From Gammaproteobacteria bacterium (GTDB lineage Bacteria > Pseudomonadota > Gammaproteobacteria > Eutrophobiales > Eutrophobiaceae): a stretch of 64,000 nucleotides of DNA. Under the pieces are notes generated by a model, which saw nothing but the letters and a program-made list of their open reading frames with translations, did not search any database and was not told the DNA's origin. Of this stretch, positions 21,115 through 32,206 are shown one piece after another (position 1 is the first letter of the stretch; every line of letters starts with the position of its first letter). The stretch covers positions 1,440,001 to 1,504,000 of the forward strand of contig OZ250183.1 in the NCBI GenBank assembly GCA_965238225.1, in the 5' to 3' direction. A program made the position numbers and the translations under genes.

Positions 21115-22491
21115 TTACTGACCCGCCCGTTCAGCAACAATGCCGGCACTTTGTTCTTCCAAAATATGTAACAGTTTTTTTGCCTTACCATTTAACAGGG
21201 TGTGCAACAACAGAGTGGGTATCGCAACGATTAAACCTAATACAGTTGTCACCAAGGCGCTAGAAATACCGCCAGCCATAGCCTTTGGATCACCAGCACC
21301 ATAAATAGTAATCGCTTGAAAGACGATGATCATCCCTGTCACCGTACCTAAAAGACCTAATAAGGGTGCTACCATCGCAATAATTTTCAACAGCGATAAG
21401 CCTGATCGAATCTCGGGGGTTTCTTTCAAGATTGCTTCCCCCATATGTAACTCCAAGCTTTCTGTATGCGAGTCCCGATTGTCTCCAGCAACCTTAAGAA
21501 TACGACCCAATGGGTTATCTAAATTTACCTCTCTACTGTTTAATTGGCTGCGCATTTTCGTAGAAATTAAGCTTAATATTACAAAGCGCCATAATGCTAT
21601 AAATATTGCAAAAATACCGACGCACGTAATGATATAGCCGACCTGTCGACCTTGATGCCAACGCTCTGTAAGCGTCGGGGTATTGATGATGGCCTTTAAA
21701 AACGCACCGCCAGCAGAACCAGTTGGGTCAATACCAACCGCAACAACACCAGAGGAAGATGCTTGTAATTTCTGGATATTTTTAGAAAAGCCGACTGGTT
21801 GCCGAGGAAGCTCTGACACACTATGTGTGTTAGAGTCATAAGCTAAATAATCACCATTAGAAACAAGGTTGAATAAACCAATACGCACAATTTCACGCTC
21901 TTTTTCAGTTCCTACGGTTGCAGGATATTTGACCACACGACCCGACTCTGTCAGCTCAAGATGTAGCTCAAACCAGACCCGTTCAATTTCTTCTAAACTG
22001 GGCAAATCAGTATTGCTACTCATCTTCTTAATCAATCTGTTCAAAAACGCTTCCCTGTCCGGGTACTGACTTGTTGTAACAGAGTTACGAAAACGACTGC
22101 TCATATCACCTGCAGCACCTGTTAGGTGCCCAAATAATTCTTTTAGTGAACCCAGTCGATCATTGCGTTGCTGGCGTTTTTCTTCAATCAATATTTCATT
22201 TGCATTAAAACGTTTCTCCAGTATGGCACTTTTTGTTTCGAGCGCTTTTATATCTTCCGTGGCTTTGTTAATTCGCGCGATCTGTTGTGCTCTCTCAGCG
22301 ATAAACGCTTGTTCGCGTTTCTTATTATCAGCCGCATCTTTGGAACGACCTTCTTTCACTTGTTGCAATAGTTGATCCATTGATAAAACATCATTTGCAG
22401 CAAAGCTTGCAAACGGTACATTTATAATCAATGCAAATAAGGCAAGTTTTTTAATCATTAAGAAACGCATTGCCTCACATAGGTTTTTCAT
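21115..22491 (-). CDS. Long ExbB-domain protein (TtpC-like)
   Basis: Signal peptide, coiled coil, C-terminal APLLGLLGTVTGMI...MAGGISSALVTT. Confidence 0.85.
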   Translation of the reverse strand: MKNLCEAMRFLMIKKLALFALIINVPFASFAANDVLSMDQLLQQVKEGRSKDAADNKKREQAFIAERAQQIARINKATEDIKALETKSAILEKRFNANEILIEEKRQQRNDRLGSLKELFGHLTGAAGDMSSRFRNSVTTSQYPDREAFLNRLIKKMSSNTDLPSLEEIERVWFELHLELTESGRVVKYPATVGTEKEREIVRIGLFNLVSNGDYLAYDSNTHSVSELPRQPVGFSKNIQKLQASSSGVVAVGIDPTGSAGGAFLKAIINTPTLTERWHQGRQVGYIITCVGIFAIFIALWRFVILSLISTKMRSQLNSREVNLDNPLGRILKVAGDNRDSHTESLELHMGEAILKETPEIRSGLSLLKIIAMVAPLLGLLGTVTGMIIVFQAITIYGAGDPKAMAGGISSALVTTVLGLIVAIPTLLLHTLLNGKAKKLLHILEEQSAGIVAERAGQ

Positions 22492-23285
22492 CGAACCGCC
22501 TTCGGTGCGGCAATTGGCAAGGTCAATATATCAATTGAGGTCTGTTTTTTCGCCATCTTAATGCCCTGACGTATCGCATTACGATATGTTGCGTTATCGA
22601 GCAACTCCCACGTCTCACTATTGTGATCCCAGCGCGCAGAATTTTTTGTATCTTTAGATTGACACACCATAGCGATACGTCCAACACGAAGAACATTTAC
22701 CTCTTGCTCGGTACCATTCAAGGTCACGATATCCTGATACGTATCTATTTTGCGTCCGTATTCATTTTCGATTTGATAGGCTTCAATAACCTGCCGAAAT
22801 TTCTCCGAAACATCAACATCAGCAGCGGTAAGGCTATCTTGTACAAAGGCCATTCGTTCTTTGCGCTCTGCGACATGAAAAGGAATATCTAACTCAACGT
22901 AATCAGTCAAACTATCTGCCATCTTTGTCAACAAAGGCAACATTTGTCGTTCTATCAAAGCCACTTGTGCGATTGACTCATCAAAACGCTTTATCAAGTT
23001 TTCCTGACCAGCTGCTTGGGTTGATAACTGTTCATTGTAAACCTTCAAACCTTCAATTTGTTTCAACAATGCACGATATTTAATTAAGCGCTCCTGTGCG
23101 CCTTCAACAATCTTGTCTATTTTTATTTGTGACTGTTCTGCTTCTCTTAGTTTTTTCTCACCTATTTTCTGGATTTCTTCAAGCTGTCTCGCTTGCGCAC
23201 TAATAGAGATGGATATAAAAATTAGATATCCGCTGAACATGAAGAATAATCGATTACTTTTTTTACGCATCATAATCAACCTCAA
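22488..23285 (-). CDS. DUF3450 family protein (TtpB-like)
   Basis: Signal peptide, coiled coil, DIPFH..ER, EKFRQVIEAYQIENEYG, LRVGRIA; first gene of a TonB2-type operon. Confidence 0.82.
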   Translation of the reverse strand: MRLIMMRKKSNRLFFMFSGYLIFISISISAQARQLEEIQKIGEKKLREAEQSQIKIDKIVEGAQERLIKYRALLKQIEGLKVYNEQLSTQAAGQENLIKRFDESIAQVALIERQMLPLLTKMADSLTDYVELDIPFHVAERKERMAFVQDSLTAADVDVSEKFRQVIEAYQIENEYGRKIDTYQDIVTLNGTEQEVNVLRVGRIAMVCQSKDTKNSARWDHNSETWELLDNATYRNAIRQGIKMAKKQTSIDILTLPIAAPKAVR

Positions 23286-23296
23286 TTTTTAACTGC

Positions 23297-23324
23297 ATTT
23301 ACGCATTATAATTTACGCATTATA
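23297..23324. repeat. 14-bp tandem duplication ATTTACGCATTATA upstream of the TonB operon
   Basis: Two adjacent exact copies; each reads TATAAT on the minus strand. Confidence 0.8.
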
Positions 23325-23943
23325 ATTGATGAATTGTATTTATAAATTATAGACTTTAAAACTCTTATAACAATGATTTAATGAAACCGCTTTTTTAGCT
23401 TTTTTCCCTGCTTAACATAAATATAGTAGCACTCCCAAATTATCCAGTCTAACCGGTTTTGGTAAAGTTAACTAATTTAGACCGTTACAAACAACGAGTT
23501 TTCTATTTATAACGCTGCTGAGTTCTTTCAAGACGCAAAGGTATCTTGTCTAAGAGATCGGTAGTGATTGGCTGAAATCAGGTGACGCCCTAGATTAAAT
23601 AAGTTACACACCGCAGCTATGTACATTCAAGAAAACATTTTCTTTATTTCTTAGTTTATTGCCTTCTTCGAATAATTCATGAAGATACGGATGATTTAAT
23701 TCGACATAGTCCAAATTCAGCACACTTTAATGGCAATAGCAAGTTTTACACTTTTTTTTAGCCCCAAAGAGTTCTGATTGGATCAAATGAATTTTATTTC
23801 TTTACTAAAATATTTTCCTGAATTATATGTGCAATCTCGATATTCAGCCGAATGATGATAGTCATTGTTGCCAAAAAATACTGATAAAAAGCCCCATAAT
23901 TATCTCCTGTAATCCAGCTTACACCTCAACCTCTATCGAGCGA

Positions 23944-24450
23944 TCAATGCGCCTGACAGACGTTTGTTTGAAATTCGAGCCGTTGAGTCTTACCAAGTAC
24001 CTGCAATAGTAAAATCACTCGCTGCTCGTCACAAGATAACACCTCGGCAGACACACCCCTAAAGAATCCTTCGGTCACCTGCACTAGATCGCCTTTTTTG
24101 AAAGGGGTCAAAACCTGCCTCATCTCGCTGCGGACAGCCTCCACACGGCGTATATCGCTAATAAGCGCCTCGCTCGCCATCGCAGTCTCGTTTCCAAAAT
24201 GTACTAATTGGCTAACACCGCGGGTAGAACGTACTGGAGTCATGGCTTGCTCGGGATAGCTGGGGCGAATGAACAAGTAGCGGGGAAACATTGGTAACTG
24301 CACCCGCCGCCAGACTCCACGCTGCTTTTTAAGATCCAGCCACTGCGGCAAATACGCACAAAAACTCTGCCGTACCAAGTGATCATAAGCCTCCCGCTCC
24401 ATTCTTGGCTTGGTCATTACAACAAACCAGTTATTATTAAAACTCATCAC
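23944..24450 (-). CDS. rfaH: Transcription antiterminator RfaH (NusG paralog)
   Basis: WFVVMTKPRME..A..HL.RQ, PMFPRYLF, VRSTRGVSQLVHFG, KOW motif FKKGDLVQVTEGFF; ops element nearby. Confidence 0.88.
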   Translation of the reverse strand: MMSFNNNWFVVMTKPRMEREAYDHLVRQSFCAYLPQWLDLKKQRGVWRRVQLPMFPRYLFIRPSYPEQAMTPVRSTRGVSQLVHFGNETAMASEALISDIRRVEAVRSEMRQVLTPFKKGDLVQVTEGFFRGVSAEVLSCDEQRVILLLQVLGKTQRLEFQTNVCQAH

Positions 24451-24650
24451 AAACTTTAATTATCTCCCTATTTTGATTTTCATTATTTCATGAAATAGAC
24501 AAATCACCCAAAAAATAAATACAAATTTGCCAAAGCGTTCATGACGCAAACAACGTAAAAAAATAAAGCCATGAACACAAATCCAAACCACCTTGCTCGC
24601 TTCAGCCAAAAAAGCCCGCAGGTCGTTTGCTATGACCGCGTTCCTTCACA

Positions 24651-24680
24651 TTGCAAAGCGACTCTGGGTAATGCTATCAT
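24651..24680 (+). promoter_or_regulatory. Possible sigma70 promoter of the polysaccharide cluster
   Basis: TTGCAA-N18-TATCAT with extended TG, about 100 bp upstream of ops. Confidence 0.35.
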
Positions 24681-24776
24681 GTTCAACGTCGAACATATGC
24701 AATCAATCTTGATATAAGCGCTTGATTTCTCGGCCATTCGGGCATTCCAACTGGGCTTGCGTACACTGCATGTCAT

Positions 24777-24788
24777 GGCGGTAGCGTG
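24777..24788 (+). promoter_or_regulatory. ops element (RfaH loading site, JUMPStart core)
   Basis: GGCGGTAGCGTG matches the consensus GGCGGTAGnnTG, in the leader of the polysaccharide operon. Confidence 0.9.
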
Positions 24789-24968
24789 CCTGAATCTCTA
24801 AGAGGGATAGCAATACAACTCAAAGAGTAAAGATTCACTCCTTCGGTATAGCTAAAAGATTCTACCGCAAGCTTACGTCGATATAAAAAAATCAGATGTA
24901 TCGACAAAAAACCAAAAATGTAAACAAATGCTACGAGACTAAATACATTTACTGCAAACTGCCAACTA

Positions 24969-25331
24969 ATGACTGTCCACTCAAATGAAGACACCTGCTT
25001 TAGGTTGCTTCGCCTACTACAAGAAAAACCTGATTTGACTCAGCGCGAGATCGCAACGCGGCTCGGCTTAAGTCTCGGCGGTGTGAATTACTGCCTGCGC
25101 GCCTTGACCGATAAAGGCCTAGTCAAAATCCAGAACTTTCGCAAAAGCAAAAACAAGATGGGCTACGTCTATCTGCTCACACCACGCGGCATCAGTGAAA
25201 AGATAGCATTAACGGAATCCTTTCTGGGACGAAAGATGCACGAATACGAAACTTTGAAGGCAGAGATTGCTGCGCTCAAACATGAGATGGGCGAACCCCA
25301 CACAAGGCAAACACCTAAAAAGAATACATGA
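24969..25331 (+). CDS. MarR-family EPS-associated transcriptional regulator
   Basis: PDLTQREIA..LGLSLGGVNYCLRAL.DKGLVKIQNF..SKNK.GY.YLLTP.GI.EK. Confidence 0.9.
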   Translation: MTVHSNEDTCFRLLRLLQEKPDLTQREIATRLGLSLGGVNYCLRALTDKGLVKIQNFRKSKNKMGYVYLLTPRGISEKIALTESFLGRKMHEYETLKAEIAALKHEMGEPHTRQTPKKNT

Positions 25332-25405
25332 AAATTGCGATAATCGGTACAAGCGTATGTAGAGTGCAGGCTGTGTAGAAGCGATTCTAAGACTATATAA
25401 AGGCA

Positions 25406-26710
25406 ATGAAAAAAGAACTTATTCATAAATTCGAGAATAAATCCGCAGTGATCGGCATTCTTGGTCTTGGTTATGTCGGTCTGCCATTGATGCTGCGTTA
25501 TACCGAAGTGGGCTACAAAGTTCTAGGTATCGACATTGATGCCAAGAAAGTCGCAAGGCTCATGTTGGGAAAGAGCCACATCGAGCACATTCCCTCTGAA
25601 AAGATTAAAAATATGCTTAGCAAAGGTTTCGAGGCAACTACTGATTTCTCTCGCACTGGCGAAGCCGATGCCCTAATCTTGTGTGTACCGACACCGCTGA
25701 ATAAATACCGCGAGCCAGACTTAAGCTTTGTCACGGACACCACCGATATGATTGTGCCGTATTTGCACAAAGGCCAAGTGCTCTCGCTTGAAAGCACGAC
25801 TTATCCAGGCACGACTGAAGAAGAGCTGTTGCCACGCGTCGAATCTACAGGGCTTGAGGTCGGCAATAATATCTTCCTCGTCTATTCCCCCGAGCGTGAA
25901 GACCCGGGCAATCCAAACTTTGAGACACGCACCATCCCCAAGGTCGTCGGCGGTCATACCCCCGCGTGCCTTGAAGTGGGTATTGCGCTGTACTCGTCCG
26001 CGATCAATCAAGTGGTATCGGTGAGTTCAACCAAAGCGGCAGAGATGACCAAATTGCTCGAGAATATTCATCGCGCCGTGAATATTGGTCTTGTGAATGA
26101 AATGAAAATCGTGGCGGATCGCATGGACATTGACATACATGAAGTGATCCGTGCGGCATCAACCAAACCCTTTGGTTTTACACCGTATTATCCGGGCCCG
26201 GGCTTGGGAGGTCACTGTATTCCAATCGATCCGTTTTATTTTACCTGGAAGGCACGCGAATACGATTTCAATACGCGTTTTATTGAGCTTGCCGGCGAGG
26301 TCAACACTAACATGCCACGTTGGGTAATGGGTAAGGTGATGGATGCGCTCAACGAACGCGGTAAATCGCTCAAAGGCGCTAAGATATTAGTGCTCGGCAT
26401 TGCCTACAAAAAAAACGTAGGCGACATGCGCGAATCGCCAGCCGTCAAACTCATGGAGTTCCTTCAAGAAAAAGGTGCCGCCATCGACTATACCGACCCG
26501 CACGTACCGACCTTCCCCAAGATGCGTGCGCATCATTTTAATCTAAAGAGCATTGACCCAAGGCCTGAAAAAGTTGCGCAATATGACCTGCTTTTGCTGG
26601 TCACTGATCATGCAAAGTTTGACTACGCAATGTTCCAAAAGCATGCGCAGCTGATCGTCGATACGCGCGGTGTCTATACCCATCCTACAGCCAATATCGT
26701 GCAGGCATAA
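25406..26710 (+). CDS. wbpA: UDP-GlcNAc 6-dehydrogenase (WbpA-like)
   Basis: [41 protein letters not shown]; first of a wbpABDEI-like series. Confidence 0.85.
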   Translation: MKKELIHKFENKSAVIGILGLGYVGLPLMLRYTEVGYKVLGIDIDAKKVARLMLGKSHIEHIPSEKIKNMLSKGFEATTDFSRTGEADALILCVPTPLNKYREPDLSFVTDTTDMIVPYLHKGQVLSLESTTYPGTTEEELLPRVESTGLEVGNNIFLVYSPEREDPGNPNFETRTIPKVVGGHTPACLEVGIALYSSAINQVVSVSSTKAAEMTKLLENIHRAVNIGLVNEMKIVADRMDIDIHEVIRAASTKPFGFTPYYPGPGLGGHCIPIDPFYFTWKAREYDFNTRFIELAGEVNTNMPRWVMGKVMDALNERGKSLKGAKILVLGIAYKKNVGDMRESPAVKLMEFLQEKGAAIDYTDPHVPTFPKMRAHHFNLKSIDPRPEKVAQYDLLLLVTDHAKFDYAMFQKHAQLIVDTRGVYTHPTANIVQA

Positions 26711-26713
26711 CCC

Positions 26714-27763
26714 ATGTATCCAATCATTAAAAACCGCAAAATCCGTCTCGCTGTCGTTGGCTGTGGCCGTATTTCCCGCAATCATTTCGGTTCTATCGAA
26801 AAACATACTGACAACGTGGAACTCGCCGCAGTCTGTGACACCAATCCGCAAACGCTCGCCGAACATACTAAGCAATACAAAGTCGCCGGCTATCGCTCAA
26901 TGGAGGAGATGTTAAAAAAGGAGCAGTTGGATATAGTCACACTCTGTACGCCAAGCGGCATCCATCCTGACCAAGCTGTGCTCGCAGCCAAATACGGCAT
27001 CAATGTGATGACCGAAAAGCCGATGGCCACGCGTTGGCAGGACGGTATACGCATGGTGCGTGCCTGTGATGAAGTAAATGTTCGTCTGTTTGTGGTCAAA
27101 CAAAACCGCCGCAACGCAACGCTACAACTCTTAAAGCGTGCCGTCGAAGAAAAACGCTTCGGCAAGATTTATATGGTGCATCTCAATGTGTTTTGGACTC
27201 GACCACAGGAATATTACGATCAAGCCAAATGGCGCGGTACTTGGGAATTCGATGGCGGCGCATTTATGAACCAAGCCAGCCATTATATCGATCTATTCGA
27301 CTGGCTCATTGGCCCGGTCGATAAAGTACAAGCTATGATGAACACCACGCGCGATATCGAAGTCGAAGACACGGGCGTGCTCAATATCAAATGGCGCAGC
27401 GGCACGCTGGGCTCGATGAGCGTGACTATGCTCACTTACTCAAAGAACCTCGAAGGCAGCATTATCATCCTCGGTGAAAAGGGTACGGTGCGCATTGGAG
27501 GTGTCGCGGCCAATGATATCCAGCTCTGGCAATTTGACGAACAAAAAGACTATGATCAACAAATCGAAAAAGCCAACTATGAAACTACCTCGGTCTACGG
27601 GTTTGGTCATCCCCTTTATTATAAAAATGTGATCGATGTCTTGCGCGGTGAGGCTGAGCCAGAGACGGATGGACGAGAGGGACTTAAATCCCTTGAGCTT
27701 CTTATTGCAGCCTATCTCTCTGCACGCGACGGTAACACAGTCTCGCTGCCACTGAAATACTGA
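26714..27763 (+). CDS. UDP-GlcNAcA 3-dehydrogenase (Gfo/Idh/MocA; WbpB/WlbA-like)
   Basis: GCGRIS, TPSGIH, EKPMA, VKQNR, WRGTWEFDGGAFMNQASH. Confidence 0.85.
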   Translation: MYPIIKNRKIRLAVVGCGRISRNHFGSIEKHTDNVELAAVCDTNPQTLAEHTKQYKVAGYRSMEEMLKKEQLDIVTLCTPSGIHPDQAVLAAKYGINVMTEKPMATRWQDGIRMVRACDEVNVRLFVVKQNRRNATLQLLKRAVEEKRFGKIYMVHLNVFWTRPQEYYDQAKWRGTWEFDGGAFMNQASHYIDLFDWLIGPVDKVQAMMNTTRDIEVEDTGVLNIKWRSGTLGSMSVTMLTYSKNLEGSIIILGEKGTVRIGGVAANDIQLWQFDEQKDYDQQIEKANYETTSVYGFGHPLYYKNVIDVLRGEAEPETDGREGLKSLELLIAAYLSARDGNTVSLPLKY

Positions 27764-27766
27764 GGT

Positions 27767-28348
27767 ATGAATTACCAAATTCATGAAACCGCCATTATTG
27801 ATGAGGGCGCGCAAATCGGTGAAGGAACCCGCATCTGGCACTGGGCGCATGTCTGCTGTGGCGCAAAAATCGGTAAAGATGTCTCCCTTGGTCAGAATGT
27901 CTTCGTCGGCGATAAGGTTATCATTGGTAACCGCTGCAAAATTCAGAACAACGTCTCGGTGTACGATAATGTCACTCTTGAAGACGGTGTCTTCTGTGGT
28001 CCTAGCATGGTGTTTACTAATGTCTACAATCCGCGGGCGTTTATCGACAGAAAGGAGCAATACCGCGACACACTCGTTCAGAAAGGCGCGACACTCGGCG
28101 CCAACTGCACCATCATCTGCGGTGTAACTATTGGCGAATACGCCTTCATCGCCGCTGGCGCCACAGTGAATAAAAATGTGAATCCCTACGCGCTGATGGT
28201 CGGCGTTCCTGCGCGCCAAGCAGGCTGGATGAGTAAAGACGGCGAGCAGATCCCACTACCTCTGGCTGGAGAAGGGGAATACACCTGCCAAAATACTGGC
28301 CAGCTTTATCGCCTTCAGGGAAACAATTTAGTGGTCATCGAAACATGA
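27767..28348 (+). CDS. UDP-3-amino-GlcNAcA N-acetyltransferase (WbpD/WlbB-like)
   Basis: Hexapeptide repeats, [29 protein letters not shown]. Confidence 0.87.
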   Translation: MNYQIHETAIIDEGAQIGEGTRIWHWAHVCCGAKIGKDVSLGQNVFVGDKVIIGNRCKIQNNVSVYDNVTLEDGVFCGPSMVFTNVYNPRAFIDRKEQYRDTLVQKGATLGANCTIICGVTIGEYAFIAAGATVNKNVNPYALMVGVPARQAGWMSKDGEQIPLPLAGEGEYTCQNTGQLYRLQGNNLVVIET

Positions 28349-29451
28349 GCATTCCTTTTATCGATCTTAAAACGCAATACGAAGCGCTCAAACCACAGAT
28401 TAAAGAACGCATCAACCAAGTTCTAGAGCATGGCCAGTACATCATGGGACCGGAGGTAAAAGAACTGGAAGATAGTCTACAAGTCTACACCGATGCCAAA
28501 CACTGTATTACTGTAGCCAGTGGAACTGAAGCACTGCTCATCAGTTTAATGGCGCTGGATATAAGACCAGATGATGAGGTTATCACCACACCATTCACCT
28601 TTGTATCCGCCGCAGAAGTCATTGTTCTGCTGGGCGCCAAACCGGTGTTCGTGGACATTGAACCTGACACCTGCAATATCGATGCAAGCCAGATCGAAGC
28701 CAAGATCACCTCTAAAACCAAGGCCATCATGCCAGTCAGCTTGTATGGCCAGCCATCTGACATGGACGAGATCAACGCCATCGCTGCCCGCAACGGTAAT
28801 ATTCCAGTGATCGAAGATGCCGCGCAAAGCTTCGGCGCCGTCTATAAGGGCAAAAAGAGTTGTAAACTCTCCACCATCGGCTGCACCAGCTTCTTTCCCA
28901 GTAAACCACTGGGTGGTTATGGTGATGGCGGTGCCATCTTCACTAGCGACGATGCTATCGCCCAGGCTTGTCAGGAAATCCGCACCCACGGCCAAAGCCA
29001 ACACTATCTGCATACTCGTATCGGTGTGGGTGGGCGCATGGATACGCTGCAATGTGCTATCGTGCTGGCCAAGCTGGAGCGCTTCGAATGGGAAATAGAA
29101 CAACGCATTGCAATCGGACAACGCTACAACAAATTAATGGATGAATCAGGTATTCCGCGTGTCCAGCAGCGCTCAGATCGTACCAGCGTTTTCGCCCAGT
29201 ACACAATCTTCAGTATGAACCGGGAAGTCACACAGGCAAAGGTCAAAGACGCTGGTATTCCAACCGCCGTACATTACCCTGTGCCGCTCAACGAACAGCT
29301 GGCTTATAAAGACTTCTGTTGTTCGGACTGTATGCCCGTCGCTAGAGAAGTATCCAAAAAGGTGATAAGCCTGCCGATAAGTGCGTATCTATCGAGCGCA
29401 GACCAACAAATAGTCTGCAACGCCCTCCTCTTGTTAGAGGATAACAAGTGA
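28345..29451 (+). CDS. DegT/DnrJ/EryC1/StrS aminotransferase (WbpE/WlbC-like)
   Basis: [40 protein letters not shown]. Confidence 0.87.
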   Translation: MSIPFIDLKTQYEALKPQIKERINQVLEHGQYIMGPEVKELEDSLQVYTDAKHCITVASGTEALLISLMALDIRPDDEVITTPFTFVSAAEVIVLLGAKPVFVDIEPDTCNIDASQIEAKITSKTKAIMPVSLYGQPSDMDEINAIAARNGNIPVIEDAAQSFGAVYKGKKSCKLSTIGCTSFFPSKPLGGYGDGGAIFTSDDAIAQACQEIRTHGQSQHYLHTRIGVGGRMDTLQCAIVLAKLERFEWEIEQRIAIGQRYNKLMDESGIPRVQQRSDRTSVFAQYTIFSMNREVTQAKVKDAGIPTAVHYPVPLNEQLAYKDFCCSDCMPVAREVSKKVISLPISAYLSSADQQIVCNALLLLEDNK

Positions 29452-30536
29452 TCAAGATTATCACCATCGTTGGCGCGCGACCGCAGTTCATCAAAGCTGC
29501 TGCTGTTTCACGAGTCATTCAAAACCACTTCGCAGGTTCAATCAATGAAACGCTCGTACACACCGGGCAGCACTACGATGAGAACATGTCTCAAGTCTTT
29601 TTCGATGAACTAAATATTCCCCGTCCCGGCTTTAATCTCGAAATTGCAGGTGGCAGTCATGGCGCAATGACAGGTCGCATGCTGGAAACAATCGAGACAG
29701 TGTTGCTTGCTGAGAAACCGGATTGGGTGCTCATCTACGGTGATACCAATTCTACCTTAGCAGGCGCATTGGCAGCCGCAAAACTACACATTCCGGCGGC
29801 TCACGTCGAGGCTGGCCTCCGCTCCTTTAATATGCATATGCCAGAAGAAGTCAATCGCATAGTTGCTGACCGAGTTTCATCCCTGTTATTTTGTCCGACC
29901 AACACCGCTGTTTCCAATCTGGCTACCGAGGGTATTACCAAGGAAGTCTATAACGTCGGTGATGTGATGTTCGACGTAGCGCTGTATTACCGTGACAAGG
30001 CGAAACAGCATAGCGCAGCTCTGGCAAGATTCGGTTTGCAAGAAGGTAGTTTTGCGCTGGCAACGTGCCACCGCGCGGAAAATACCGATGATTACGATCG
30101 GATAAGCAACATAGTTGCAGCGTTGGGCGAAATTGCAGAGAAACTGCCAGTGATATTTCCCTTGCACCCGCGCACCCGACAAGCGCTCACAGAAAACGAA
30201 CTTTTCAGTGAGCTTGGTAATGTAATGGTAACGGATCCTTTACCCTTTCTAGACATGATGGCACTGGAGCAGTCAGCCAAGTTGATCCTGACGGATTCTG
30301 GCGGTGTTCAAAAAGAAGCTTTTTTCTATGGCATCCCCTGTATCACGATGCGCGATGAGACCGAGTGGGTTGAAACGGTTTTTAGCGGAGCCAATACCTT
30401 GGCAAGCGCATCACAGACAGCTATTCTCACCGCCTTTGACAAGGTAATTCGTGGTCAATCTATGGGCGGGCATAGTCATCAACCCTATGGAGATGGCAAT
30501 GCAGCCAACAAAATTGCATCGATTTTGTTGCAGTAA
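29448..30536 (+). CDS. Non-hydrolysing UDP-GlcNAc(3NAcA) 2-epimerase (WbpI/WlbD/WecB family)
   Basis: GARPQFIK, HTGQHYD, YGDTNST, HVEAGLRS, TDSGGVQKEA. Confidence 0.9.
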   Translation: MIKIITIVGARPQFIKAAAVSRVIQNHFAGSINETLVHTGQHYDENMSQVFFDELNIPRPGFNLEIAGGSHGAMTGRMLETIETVLLAEKPDWVLIYGDTNSTLAGALAAAKLHIPAAHVEAGLRSFNMHMPEEVNRIVADRVSSLLFCPTNTAVSNLATEGITKEVYNVGDVMFDVALYYRDKAKQHSAALARFGLQEGSFALATCHRAENTDDYDRISNIVAALGEIAEKLPVIFPLHPRTRQALTENELFSELGNVMVTDPLPFLDMMALEQSAKLILTDSGGVQKEAFFYGIPCITMRDETEWVETVFSGANTLASASQTAILTAFDKVIRGQSMGGHSHQPYGDGNAANKIASILLQ

Positions 30537-30574
30537 CGACTTCTAACTTCATGCTCATTGATTGAGGGATTCTT

Positions 30575-30760
30575 ATGAAAGCATTTGTAACAGGCGGCTT
30601 AGGTCAGGCAGGTTCCCACGTCGTCGAAGTGTTGCTAGCACGGGGTGGCGAAGTGATCGTTGTTGACAACTTGGCAACAGGACGACGGGAACATCTCACC
30701 GACCATTCGAAACTTAAATGTGCCAAAAATATAATAGAAATTTCACTAGAAATTAATTAA
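30575..30760 (+). pseudogene. N-terminal fragment of an NAD-dependent epimerase/dehydratase
   Basis: MKAFVTGGLGQAGSHVVE...VDNLATGRREHL Rossmann start, stops after 61 aa. Confidence 0.75.
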
Positions 30761-30778
30761 ATTGCAGGTAACAAACGA

Positions 30779-31000
30779 ATGATTTCCATCGTTGCTTATG
30801 GCACGACCAATTTGGGTTCTATCCTGAATATGCTCAAAAAAATTGGCATCGATGCTAAGGTTGTCTCTCGTCCCGAGGAGATTCTGTCAGCCGATAAATT
30901 GATACTGCCTAGAGTCGGTGCTTTCGATACGATGATGCTGCAATGTGTGCTTGAGAACTATCTTGCAGGAATAGCCGATTCCCGCCCTGACTGTAGGTGA
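30779..31000 (+). pseudogene. N-terminal fragment of a HisH-like glutamine amidotransferase
   Basis: MISIVAYGTTNLGSILNMLKKIG...ADKLILPRVGAFD (family pattern IIDYG.GNL.S...LILPGVGAFD), truncated at 73 aa. Confidence 0.78.
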
Positions 31001-31009
31001 TAATCCATC

Positions 31010-32206
31010 ATGCGCAAGCCGATCCTCATTGTCGCCTCTAGCACTGCAGGTTCCCAGCTGATCACTTTAATCAGCATGACCTATGCGGCACGCTTCCTTG
31101 GCCCTGAGGCCTTTGGCTTTTACGCCATCGTTTTTGCCTTTGCCGTCCCGATTGGGCTGATTGCGACTCTGCGGCTCGAGACCGCCTTCGTCTTTCTCAA
31201 CAACGAACCGCGTGTCTTATTAGCCGGGGTCACAGCCTGCGTCGGTCTTGCAATGGTTACAACACCCATCCTGCTTTACGGGTTAACTTCAGGTCGAGAC
31301 GAGGTAGCCTATGTTGGGCTACTGTCTTTCTTTCTCGGGATGAATGCAGTGATTATCAACCTGTCGAACTACCGACGCAACTATCCAAAGTTGGCCGCAG
31401 TACGTCTACTAACTGCACTGATGACACTGGTTTTAGTCACCATCTTCGTTCAGGTGGAACTGTCCGATGCGCTAACGCTGGCGACGATTTGCGGACAAGC
31501 CTTCGGATTGTTCACAGGACTGGTACTGCATGCAAGATGGATCCATGACAATTTCAAATGGCCTAGCTTGCGTACCATGGCTCATATCCTACGTGAAAAT
31601 GTCTCCTTTTCAGTGTTCAACGGGGCGCAGAGTCTATTCTCGGCGCTACAGGAAACTGTTGTCGTGATACTGATCACGAACTTTCTTGGGGTAGCCAGCG
31701 TTGGGATCTATTCCTTTGCCAATCGGATTTTACGGGCACCGATCTCGCTCACCTCCGAGGCAATCGGACGAGTTCTGCAGGTGCAGATCCGAGCCAACCA
31801 AGATGCTGATGCCGCCATCCGGCGTGCCTATATCGACCGTCTGCTGCGACTACTGGTGCTGGGAGCCTGTGGATTGGCGCTACTTATCTTCTTTGCCGCC
31901 GCACCAGTGTTGAGCTGGATCCTTGACCCAAAATGGGCAGGGCTGGATATACTACTTCCTGCGATGAGCCTTTACATATCGGCACTCTTTGTCGGAGCCA
32001 CAGTGGCAGTCTTCCCGCTGGCGCTGGGGCAACCCCGTGCAGTATCGTTTCTAGGGATATTCGGCACTAGTCTTTACGTGCTCTGCGTCTTTGTGGCGTT
32101 GATGCTGGGAGCCGAATTGTCGGCAGCCTATTGGGTAGTGTCAGCGATAATGCCGACCTATTTCGTGATATTTGTAAGAAAGGTACGAAACATTGTTGCG
32201 TATTAG
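31010..32206 (+). CDS. wzx: Oligosaccharide flippase (Wzx-like)
   Basis: Many TM helices, ARFLGPEAFGFY, ATLRLETA, GVASVGIYSFANRI; located in the polysaccharide cluster. Confidence 0.75.
   Translation: MRKPILIVASSTAGSQLITLISMTYAARFLGPEAFGFYAIVFAFAVPIGLIATLRLETAFVFLNNEPRVLLAGVTACVGLAMVTTPILLYGLTSGRDEVAYVGLLSFFLGMNAVIINLSNYRRNYPKLAAVRLLTALMTLVLVTIFVQVELSDALTLATICGQAFGLFTGLVLHARWIHDNFKWPSLRTMAHILRENVSFSVFNGAQSLFSALQETVVVILITNFLGVASVGIYSFANRILRAPISLTSEAIGRVLQVQIRANQDADAAIRRAYIDRLLRLLVLGACGLALLIFFAAAPVLSWILDPKWAGLDILLPAMSLYISALFVGATVAVFPLALGQPRAVSFLGIFGTSLYVLCVFVALMLGAELSAAYWVVSAIMPTYFVIFVRKVRNIVAY

Noticed and set aside
27440-29121. Long antisense ORFs (259 aa, 191 aa) opposite the wbp genes
   Set aside because: Shadow ORFs expected in GC-richer coding DNA; no recognisable motifs
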